Assembly (NCBI GenBank): GCA_027315345.1
Contig: DAHUYE010000098.1
Location: forward strand, 1,775-65,774
Source of the DNA: Actinomycetota bacterium
GTDB lineage: Bacteria > Actinomycetota > Acidimicrobiia > Acidimicrobiales > JAJPHE01
Direction: 5' to 3'
Length of the DNA stretch: 64,000 nt
Position 1 is the first letter of the stretch. Every line of letters starts with the position of its first letter. The notes under the pieces were generated by a model. That model was not told the origin of the DNA, searched no databases, and saw nothing but the letters and a program-made list of their open reading frames with translations. Made by a program: the position numbers and the translations under genes. Positions 56,745-64,000 of this stretch are shown piece by piece.

Positions 56745-59700
56745 TCAGCCCGCCGGCGGGACCGGGCTGAGCCAGGCCCGGGCCAGGCGGCCGTCATCGG
56801 TCTCGATGTCGGCCGGCTCACCTGCACCGACGGCGAAGTCGATCCGCTCCGCCAATACCTCGCGGGCCATGGTGGCCGCTTCCGGCTCCAGTTCGTCCAG
56901 GCCGGCCAAGCTGAGGTGGATGCGGTCGGACATAGCCAGGCCGCGGTCCCGGCGCAGGGATTGCACCTGGCGGATCACATCCCGGAGCAGGCCCCGGCGC
57001 CTGAGGCTCTCGTCCACGGTGAGGTCGAGGGCCACCGCCGCTGTGCCTTCCCGCGATACGGCGAAGCCCTCCCGGGCCTTGACCCGGATCTCCACCTCCT
57101 CGGCGGTCAACTCGACGGCGGTGCCGTCCAGATCGAGGCGGAGGGGTTCCCCCCGCTCCAGAGCCTCGGCGGCGGCGGTGGCGTCGACCCGGGCCAGGGC
57201 GGGGCGGAGGTTCTTGACCGACTTGCCCAGCCGCGGTCCGAGCAGGCGGAAGTTGGGAACCAGTTCGAAGGCCAGCAATTCCCCCATGCGGTCGGCGGTC
57301 GTCACCTCGTCCACATTGAGCTCATCGGCCACCACCGCCTCGATGAGGGGCGGGCTGTCGGGCGGCAGAGCGATCAGGGCCCTCCGGAGCGGCTGGCGGA
57401 CCTTGACCCCGGCCTGGGACCGGGAGGCCCGGCCCAGCGAGACCAGGTGGCGGGTCAGGTCCATGCTCCGCTCCAGCTCGGGATCGATGGCCTCCCGGTC
57501 GGCATCGGGCCAGGCGGCCAGGTGGACCGAGTCGGACTCGGCCGCCCCGGTCAGTTCAGTCCACATCCGCTCGGCCAGGAAGGGGCAGAACGGGGCCAGC
57601 AACAGGGCGACCGTAACCAGGGCCTCGTGCAGGGTCGACTGGGCGGCCAGACCGTCGTCGTTGCCGAGGGAGGGATCCGTCCGCCAGAACCGGCGCCGGT
57701 TGGCCCGGACGTACCAGTTGGACAGATCATCGACCAGGGCGGCTATGGAATTGGTGGCGGCCAGGGGCTGGTAAGCCTCCAGCGCCTCGGTCACCTCGGC
57801 CACGGTGGCGTGCAGCCGGGAACGCAGCCAGCGGTCGAACACCGGGCGCTCGTCCGGCGGGGGCACGGACGGATCGGCAGGGTCGAAGCCGTTGAGCGAG
57901 GCGTAGGTGGCGAAGAAGCTCCAGGTGTTCCACAAGGTCATGAGAACATCGGCGGTCGAGGCGTCGATGAGTTCCAGACTGGTGCGGGTGGCGGTCCAGG
58001 GGGAGCCCTGATGGAACATCCACCACCTCATGGGCTCGGCGCCGCGGCTGTCCAGGAGCGTCCAGGGATCGATGACGTTGCCCAGGCTCTTGGACATCTT
58101 GCGGCCCTCGGCGTCCACTATGTGTCCGAGGCAGAGCACCGTCCGGTAGGGGGTGGTCCCGAACACCACGGTGTTGACGGCCAGCAGTGAGTAGAACCAG
58201 CCCCGGGTCTGATCCACCGCCTCGCAGATGTAATCGGCGGTGGGCCGGAACCGATCCGCCGAGCCCGGCACATGCGGGTAACCCCATTGGGCCGCCGGCA
58301 TGGAGCCGGAGTCGAACCAGGCGTCGATGACCGGCTCGACCCGGTGCATCGGACCGCCGCAGTCGGTGCAGGTGAGAACGATGGCGTCGATGGCCGGCCG
58401 GTGCGGATCCAGGTCCGACAGATCCCGCCCCAGGCGCTGGCCCAGGTCGGCCCGGGAGCTGACGCACACGGCGTGGCCCTCCTCACAGCGCCAGATGGGC
58501 AGGGGCGTGCCCCAGTACCGGTCCCGGGACAGGGCCCAGTCCACGTTGTTGGAGAGCCACTCCCCGAAGCGCCCGTATTTCACCGTCTCCGGCCGCCAGG
58601 TGACCGTTTCGTTGCCGGCCAGCAATTCGTCCTTGTGGCGGGACGTGGCCACGTACCAGGAGGGCTTGCCCCAGTTGATGAGAGGCGTGCCACAGCGCCA
58701 GCAGTGGGGGTAGGCGTGGACATGGGGCTGGGCTTTGACGACCAGCCCCTCGCCTTCGAGGTGTTCGACTATGTCGGCGTTGGCCTCCCGGACCGCCCGC
58801 CCGGTGAGCCAGCCGGCGTCCACGAAGGTGCCCTCCGGGCCCACCGGATTGAGGGTGGGAAGATTCTCGGCCCGCCCCAGACGCCAGTCGTCAGCGCCGA
58901 AGGCGGGGGCGATGTGAACCAGGCCACTGCCCTCGTCGTCGGTGACGAAGTCGGCGCCCACCACCCGCCATCCGTCCGCCCCGCCGGGCACGGCCAGGAG
59001 CTCGAAGGGGCGCCGGTAGCGGACCCCGAGGAGCTCGGCGCCACCGAAGCGCCGGGTGATCCGGGCCTCGGCTCCCGCCCCCAGGACGGCCTCGACCCGC
59101 GACTCGGCCATCACCAGGCCGTCGGCCACCACGTAGGTCATGTCGGGGCTGACGGCCACGGCCGTGTTGGACACCAGGGTCCAGGGAGTGGTCGTCCAGA
59201 CCACCAGGGCCTCGGCTCCCTCCGGGCCCGCACCCTCGATCGGGAGGCGGACATAGGCGGTCAGGTCCTCGGTATCCCGGTAGACGTCGGGCTGACCGAG
59301 TTCGTGGCTCGACAAGGATGTGCCGCACCGCGGGCAGTAGGGGACGACCTTCACGTCCTCGTAGAGGTCGCCCTGGGCCCAGATGGTGGCCAAGTGCCAC
59401 CAGACCGAATCGACGTATTCGGGGCTGAGGGTCCAGTAGGCGTCGTCCAGGTCCACCCAGTACCCGATGCGCCGGGTGAGGGTCTGCCAGTCGCTGACGT
59501 ACTCGTAGACGGACTGACGGCAGGCCTCGATGAACTCGGTCACCCCGAAGGCCTCGATCTGGTCCTTGCCGGAGAATCCCAGGCGCTTTTCCACCTCCAC
59601 CTCGACCGGGAGGCCATGGGTGTCCCAGCCGGCCCGCCTGGCCACCCGGTGGCCCTGCATGGTCTTGAACCGGCACACCATGTCCTTGTAGGCCCGGGCC

Positions 59701-59918
59701 CAGACGTGGTGCATCCCGGGACGGCCGTTGGCGGTGGGCGGTCCCTCGAAGAAGACGAACTCGGGGCACCCATCCCGCTCGGACACCGAACGCTCGAAGA
59801 CGCCGTGGCTCTGCCAGCGCTCCAGGACCTCGGTCTCCAGGGCCGGGAAGTTGGGAACGGAGGGCACGGCCGGGAACCGCCCCTGGGATCCGGATCGGCC
59901 GGCTTCGGACTCGGTCAT
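56745..59918 (-). CDS. ileS: Isoleucyl-tRNA synthetase (IleRS2 type)
   Basis: EGPPTANGRPGMHH, GWDTHGLPVE, WTTTPWTL, SRDRYWGTP, DQTRGWFY, KMSKS, extended C-terminus with VKVRQPL. Confidence 0.96.
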   Translation of the reverse strand: MTESEAGRSGSQGRFPAVPSVPNFPALETEVLERWQSHGVFERSVSERDGCPEFVFFEGPPTANGRPGMHHVWARAYKDMVCRFKTMQGHRVARRAGWDTHGLPVEVEVEKRLGFSGKDQIEAFGVTEFIEACRQSVYEYVSDWQTLTRRIGYWVDLDDAYWTLSPEYVDSVWWHLATIWAQGDLYEDVKVVPYCPRCGTSLSSHELGQPDVYRDTEDLTAYVRLPIEGAGPEGAEALVVWTTTPWTLVSNTAVAVSPDMTYVVADGLVMAESRVEAVLGAGAEARITRRFGGAELLGVRYRRPFELLAVPGGADGWRVVGADFVTDDEGSGLVHIAPAFGADDWRLGRAENLPTLNPVGPEGTFVDAGWLTGRAVREANADIVEHLEGEGLVVKAQPHVHAYPHCWRCGTPLINWGKPSWYVATSRHKDELLAGNETVTWRPETVKYGRFGEWLSNNVDWALSRDRYWGTPLPIWRCEEGHAVCVSSRADLGQRLGRDLSDLDPHRPAIDAIVLTCTDCGGPMHRVEPVIDAWFDSGSMPAAQWGYPHVPGSADRFRPTADYICEAVDQTRGWFYSLLAVNTVVFGTTPYRTVLCLGHIVDAEGRKMSKSLGNVIDPWTLLDSRGAEPMRWWMFHQGSPWTATRTSLELIDASTADVLMTLWNTWSFFATYASLNGFDPADPSVPPPDERPVFDRWLRSRLHATVAEVTEALEAYQPLAATNSIAALVDDLSNWYVRANRRRFWRTDPSLGNDDGLAAQSTLHEALVTVALLLAPFCPFLAERMWTELTGAAESDSVHLAAWPDADREAIDPELERSMDLTRHLVSLGRASRSQAGVKVRQPLRRALIALPPDSPPLIEAVVADELNVDEVTTADRMGELLAFELVPNFRLLGPRLGKSVKNLRPALARVDATAAAEALERGEPLRLDLDGTAVELTAEEVEIRVKAREGFAVSREGTAAVALDLTVDESLRRRGLLRDVIRQVQSLRRDRGLAMSDRIHLSLAGLDELEPEAATMAREVLAERIDFAVGAGEPADIETDDGRLARAWLSPVPPAG

Positions 59919-60130
59919 GCTGGGGGTGCCTCCTGCGCCAAATGGTCTGTCCTGGCGCAGGGACGGGACCGGGGTCCCGCGGTACCACCCTGCTTGGCCG
60001 ACCGGTTCACGGTGCGACCCACTCCGTTGAGGGCGCTGACGGGCCCCACCCGTTCCGGTCTAATGAGGCAAGCGGCTTGCTTGCCCGTTCTTCGGAAGGC
60101 TCGGGGGTGATGGCCCCGTCGCTGCCGTTG
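59919..60130 (-). promoter_or_regulatory. Translational ileS T-box riboswitch (ultrashort stem I)
   Basis: Minus strand: GACGGGGCCATCACCCCCGAGCC with the AUC specifier, T-box AAGCAGGGTGGTACCGCGG, AGGAGG SD before the ATG, TAGAGT -10 at 60137-60142. Confidence 0.9.
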
Positions 60131-60192
60131 ACCCGAACTCTACGGGACAAATCCGCGCCGGCCGGGGGAATTTGGCCCGTACAGTGGTCAGG

Positions 60193-60567
60193 GTGTCCGC
60201 CGACCTCTTCGACGTCTCGGGAAACGAAGACGCCCCCGCCATCGTGCTGCGGGTGGTGGCCCACCCGGGGGCCGGGCGGACCTCGGTGGTGGGCATCCAC
60301 GGGGACGCCCTCAAGGTGAGAGTGGGGGCTCCGCCCGTGGGGGGCCGGGCCAATGCCGCCCTGATCGACCTGGTGGCGGAGATCTTCGGCGTCCAGGCGG
60401 CGGCCGTCTCCCTCTCCGCGGGTGAGGCCAGCCGTACCAAGCGGGTCAGGGTCGAAGGGGTGACCGGCCCGGACGCCCGGCGCCGGCTGGATGAAGCCAT
60501 GGCCCGCTCCGGTGGTGCGGGTCCCCGGGCCCGGCGCGGCCCCGCCCCGCTCCAGCGCCGAGTCTGA
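60193..60567 (+). CDS. DUF167/YggU family protein
   Basis: [42 protein letters not shown] seven nt after TACAGT. Confidence 0.85.
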   Translation: MSADLFDVSGNEDAPAIVLRVVAHPGAGRTSVVGIHGDALKVRVGAPPVGGRANAALIDLVAEIFGVQAAAVSLSAGEASRTKRVRVEGVTGPDARRRLDEAMARSGGAGPRARRGPAPLQRRV

Positions 60568-60638
60568 AGGAGCGCCCGGCCGGGCCCTGACGGCGGCGTG
60601 GTATCTTTCCCGGCCTTTGAGCAGGGGGAGCACCTCTA

Positions 60639-61634
60639 ATGGCCCGTCCCACCCGGCCCGCGACGGCCAAGTCAGCGGCATCCACATCCAAAGCGACCAA
60701 AGCCAAGGCGGGGCCCAAGCCGGCTCCGGCCAAGACCCTGGCCGCCAAAACCGTAAAGGCGACGACGGCGACCCCCTCCAGGACCACCCCTTCCAAGGCC
60801 ACATCCGAGAAGACCACTGCGGCCAAGGCCCCTGCCAAGGCGGCCGGCCCGGCCCAGTCGGCCCCGGCCAAGGCCTCCCCCAAGGCGGCCCCGCCCGCCA
60901 AGTCTTCGGCCAAGTCGACTCCGGCCAAGACCGCGCCGGCCAAGACCGCAGTGGGCAAAGCCGGCCCCGCCAAGACGGCCCCGGCCAAGACGGCCCCGGC
61001 GGCCAAGGCGCCCGCCAAGACGGCTCCGGCCAAGACGGCCCCGGCGGCCAAGACGCCTGCCAAGACGGCCGCCAAGACGGCCCCGGCCAAGTCCTCCCCC
61101 AAGGCGGCCCCGCCGGCCAAGTCTTCGGCGAAGTCGACTCCGGCCCCGGTCGCAGCCACGGCGGCCCCGGCCTCTCCTGCCCCGGCCAGGGCCCCGTCCC
61201 GGCCGCCGGCCCGGGTGGTTGCTCCGCCCGCCGTCCCCAAGCCCCGGCCCAAGCCCACCGCCGCCGACCTCAAGTTCTTCGAGGAGCAGCGGGCCCTCCT
61301 GCTCTCGGAACGGGCCGTCTACACGGCCCAGGCTGACTCCCTTCGGGCCGAGGCGGAAGCCCTGGCCCGGGACATGGAACCGGGTGACATCCAGTTCGAT
61401 GACGAAGGCGGAGAGGGCGGGACCGTCAACGTCGACCGGGAACGGGACCTGGCCTTGTCGGCTCAGGCCCGGGCCGAGGTCGAGGAGATCGACGCCGCAC
61501 TGACTCGCATCGACCAGGGTTCGTACGGTTACTGCGAGCGCTGTGGGGAACCCATTCCCCGGGCGCGGCTCAAAGCCCTCCCGCAGGCCCGCCTGGGGGT
61601 GGACTGCAAAAGCGGCGGTCTGTCGCGACGCTGA
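60639..61634 (+). CDS. Histone-like PAK-repeat + DksA/TraR domain protein (DdbA-like)
   Basis: ~200 aa of PAKTA repeats, then coiled coil, [29 protein letters not shown]. Sits upstream of lspA. Confidence 0.85.
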   Translation: MARPTRPATAKSAASTSKATKAKAGPKPAPAKTLAAKTVKATTATPSRTTPSKATSEKTTAAKAPAKAAGPAQSAPAKASPKAAPPAKSSAKSTPAKTAPAKTAVGKAGPAKTAPAKTAPAAKAPAKTAPAKTAPAAKTPAKTAAKTAPAKSSPKAAPPAKSSAKSTPAPVAATAAPASPAPARAPSRPPARVVAPPAVPKPRPKPTAADLKFFEEQRALLLSERAVYTAQADSLRAEAEALARDMEPGDIQFDDEGGEGGTVNVDRERDLALSAQARAEVEEIDAALTRIDQGSYGYCERCGEPIPRARLKALPQARLGVDCKSGGLSRR

Positions 61635-61639
61635 AGGGC

Positions 61640-62101
61640 GTGTCCCGGGGCCGGGTCCTGGGTGCCCTGGCTGTGGTGGCAGCGGTGGTGGCCGCCGACC
61701 AGCTGTCCAAATCGCTGGCCCAGAGCGCCCTCGAGTCGGGCGACGTCCATATTCTTGGTCCCCTGGACCTGGAGCTGTCCTACAACCCGGGGGTGGCTTT
61801 CGGGCTGGGTCGGGGCCTGTCCCCAGCCCTGGTCGTGGCCGGGGTCATGATCGTGGTGGCCGTGCTGGCCATGACCACCTCCCTGCGCAGCCCGCCCTCG
61901 GCCGCCGCCGGTTTGGTGGCCGGCGGGGCGGTGTCCAACCTGGCCGATCGGCTCTTCCGCGGCCACGGTGGAGCCGTCATCGACTGGATCCACCTGAGCC
62001 ACTGGCCCACGTTCAACCTGGCCGACTCCTGCATCGTGGTCGGCGTCGGGCTGCTGGTGCTGAGCGGATACCGCCGTCAGGGCTCCCATGCCCCCGCCTG
62101 A
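61640..62101 (+). CDS. lspA: Lipoprotein signal peptidase
   Basis: DQLSK, NPGVAFG, GGAVSNLADR, VIDWI, FNLAD. Confidence 0.92.
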   Translation: MSRGRVLGALAVVAAVVAADQLSKSLAQSALESGDVHILGPLDLELSYNPGVAFGLGRGLSPALVVAGVMIVVAVLAMTTSLRSPPSAAAGLVAGGAVSNLADRLFRGHGGAVIDWIHLSHWPTFNLADSCIVVGVGLLVLSGYRRQGSHAPA

Positions 62102-63077
62102 GACGCCCGCCACCGAGTCGACCATCCGGGAAGAGGTTCCCGTCGCCCTGGACGGCCAGCGCCTGGACCGGGTTCTCTCCATGGCCACCGGCCTGGCCCG
62201 CTCCCAGGTCCATGACCTGGTGGTGGGCGGGGGCGTCACCGTCGACGGATCGGTGGAGGAGCGCCCCGGCCGCCGGCTCTCGGCCGGCCAGGTGCTGGTG
62301 GCCGCCCTGCCCGGAGCCGGCCCGGAAGGGCCCGAGGCCGACCGGGGTGTAACTGTCGATGTGGTCCATGAGGACGACTGGTTGCTGGTCGTCGATAAGG
62401 CCGCCGGCGTGGTGGTGCACCCCGGGGCCGGGTCCCGCCGCGGGACGCTGGTGAGCGGGCTCCTGGCCCGCTACCCGGAACTGGCCGGGGTGGGCCAGCC
62501 CGACCGGCCCGGGATCGTCCATCGCCTGGACAAGGGCACCTCCGGGCTCCTGCTGGTGGCCCGGACCCCGGCCGCCTACGAGGAACTGACGGCCCGACTG
62601 GCGGCTCGGCAGGTGTCGCGCCGGTATGTGGCCCTGGTCGAAGGGCTGGTGGTTTCGGACCGGGGGGTGGTGGACGCTCCGGTGGGCCGGTCCGCCCGCC
62701 AGCCGACCCGGATGGCCGTATCGGCGGCCGGCCGGGAAGCCCGCACCGCCTACACGGTCGTCCGGCGCTTCCCGCGGGCCGGGATGAGCCTGCTCCACTG
62801 CCAGCTCGAGACGGGGCGCACCCACCAGATCCGGGTTCATCTGACGTCCATCGGGCACCCGGTGGTGGGCGACCGGCAGTACCGACGTCCCCCCCGGCCC
62901 GGTTCGACGGGGCCGCCGTCCGGGGTGGTGCCGGGCCGCCCCTTCCTCCACGCCGCCGAGTTGCGACTCGAACACCCGGCCGGCACCGGGCTGCTGACGC
63001 TGCGGTCGCCCCTGCCCGCTGATCTCACCGCCTCCCTGGCCGTCCTGGAGGCTCTGGAGGCTCCCGGAGCGGATTAG
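62088..63077 (+). CDS. rluD: RluA/RluD family pseudouridine synthase
   Basis: S4 domain RLD, VHRLDKGTSG, TGRTHQIRVH, GDRQY, LHA. Confidence 0.92.
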   Translation: MPPPETPATESTIREEVPVALDGQRLDRVLSMATGLARSQVHDLVVGGGVTVDGSVEERPGRRLSAGQVLVAALPGAGPEGPEADRGVTVDVVHEDDWLLVVDKAAGVVVHPGAGSRRGTLVSGLLARYPELAGVGQPDRPGIVHRLDKGTSGLLLVARTPAAYEELTARLAARQVSRRYVALVEGLVVSDRGVVDAPVGRSARQPTRMAVSAAGREARTAYTVVRRFPRAGMSLLHCQLETGRTHQIRVHLTSIGHPVVGDRQYRRPPRPGSTGPPSGVVPGRPFLHAAELRLEHPAGTGLLTLRSPLPADLTASLAVLEALEAPGAD

Positions 63078-63514
63078 GCGGTCGGGACGGCGGCGGTGCC
63101 CCGGGCCCGGGCCACCATGTCCTGGAGGGTGAAGGAGTCGAGGTGGCTGCGCATGTGCTCACCCACGCTGGCCCACACGGACAAGAGGATGCACTGACCC
63201 TCGTGGTCACAGGCGCCATCCTCGTGGGGACGGCCGAAGTCCCCGGCCACAATCGGGCCGTCCACGGCGCTGATGATCTGGCTGAGGGTGATCTCGGCCG
63301 GCTCCCGGGCCAGTACGTAGCCCCCGCCCACACCCCGCTTGGAACGGACCAGGCCCGCTCCCTTCAGGGCCAGGAGGATCTGCTCCAGGTACGGCTGGGG
63401 CAGGCCGGTGCGGTCGGCTATGTCCCTGACCGAGGTGGGCCCGTCCGCGTCGGAGTGCAGGGCCAGGGAAAGCAGCGCCCGGCTGGCGTAATCCCCCCTG
63501 GTGGAGACCCTCAC
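63074..63514 (-). CDS. Rrf2 family transcriptional regulator
   Basis: STRGDYASRAL, YLEQIL..LK.AGLVRSKRGVGGGYVL. GTG 63514 lies 7 nt after TACCAT. Confidence 0.9.
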   Translation of the reverse strand: MRVSTRGDYASRALLSLALHSDADGPTSVRDIADRTGLPQPYLEQILLALKGAGLVRSKRGVGGGYVLAREPAEITLSQIISAVDGPIVAGDFGRPHEDGACDHEGQCILLSVWASVGEHMRSHLDSFTLQDMVARARGTAAVPTA

Positions 63515-63579
63515 CCCCACCATGGTACGTGACCGCCTGACCGCCCGGTGGGTCCCGGGTGGTGTGGGAGGATCGGCGC

Positions 63580-64000
63580 ATGGAACAAGGAGCCATGGCC
63601 GAACCCGCCCACGACCAGTCCGGCGCCGGCGGACCGGACGCCCCGCCGGCCATCATCGAGGTGGCCAGCCAGGCCAGCGACGACCGCTCCGACGGGGCCG
63701 CCACCCCGGGGGCGGCGGTGCCGGCTGTCCCGACCCGGACTCCGTCGGAGACGGTGGAGCAGCCCGCCAAGGTCATGCGCATGGGGTCCATGATCAAACA
63801 GCTCCTCGAGGAGGTCCGGACCGCCCCACTGGATGAGGCCAGCCGGGCTCGGCTGCGGGAGATCTACGAGACCTCCATCCGGGAGCTGAGCGAGGGCCTG
63901 TCCCCGGATCTGGTGGCCGAGTTGGAGCGGGTGGCGACGCCCTTCACCGTCGACGCCCCGAGCCAGGCCGAGCTGCGGGTGGCCCAGGCCCAGCTGGTGG
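63580..64000 (+). CDS. bpa: Bacterial proteasome activator Bpa/PafE (runs off the window)
   Basis: Own translation: VEQPAKVMRMGSMIKQLLEEVRTAPLDEASRARLREIYE..SI.EL..LSPDL..EL..PSQAELRVAQAQLV. Confidence 0.9.
   Translation, partial: MEQGAMAEPAHDQSGAGGPDAPPAIIEVASQASDDRSDGAATPGAAVPAVPTRTPSETVEQPAKVMRMGSMIKQLLEEVRTAPLDEASRARLREIYETSIRELSEGLSPDLVAELERVATPFTVDAPSQAELRVAQAQLV

Noticed and set aside
56745-59918. Inverted orientation of ileS relative to dcw and lspA
   Set aside because: The same arrangement is known in Streptomyces.
60830-61150. Repetitive DNA resembling a CRISPR or repeat array
   Set aside because: In-frame PAK codon repeats of the histone-like domain; no unique spacers and no cas genes.

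Overview
GC-rich (roughly 70% by eye) actinobacterial chromosome segment, most likely Acidimicrobiia-like. That assignment is inferred from SpoVS, Bpa, IleRS2 with a translational T-box, CGAAC-N4-GTTCG SOS boxes and the lack of ftsA. The window is mostly core genome: pepF, spoVS-miaB-miaA-dapF-hflX-dapC-dapD-dapE, a secreted subtilase, lexA/lysM/nrdR, pxpA-pxpBC, pfkA, ltaE-PIG-L-NUDIX-dinB, MoxR-DUF58-transglutaminase, the dcw cluster (mraZ to ftsZ-pgeF-yggS-sepF-yggT), ileS, a DdbA/DksA-like gene, lspA, rluD, rrf2 and a partial bpa. I saw no rRNA, tRNA, CRISPR, transposase or prophage. The most interesting locus is a coupled minus-strand copper operon (20162-24122): a SigC-like ECF sigma, a PCuAC chaperone, a protein fusing a zinc-finger anti-sigma-like domain via one TM helix to a SCO copper-binding domain, and CtaG with a (Met-Ser-Gly)4 N-terminus. 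This is a candidate one-protein transmembrane copper sensor/anti-sigma system. Other oddities are murF and divIVA missing from their usual dcw positions, a membrane-anchored histone-H1-like protein in the divIVA slot, an orphan SOS box upstream of spoVS, non-canonical starts (miaA, pgeF), many leaderless-type promoters and an uncharacterised ferritin-like diiron protein next to an LLM oxidoreductase. All calls come from motif recognition by eye; no database search was run.
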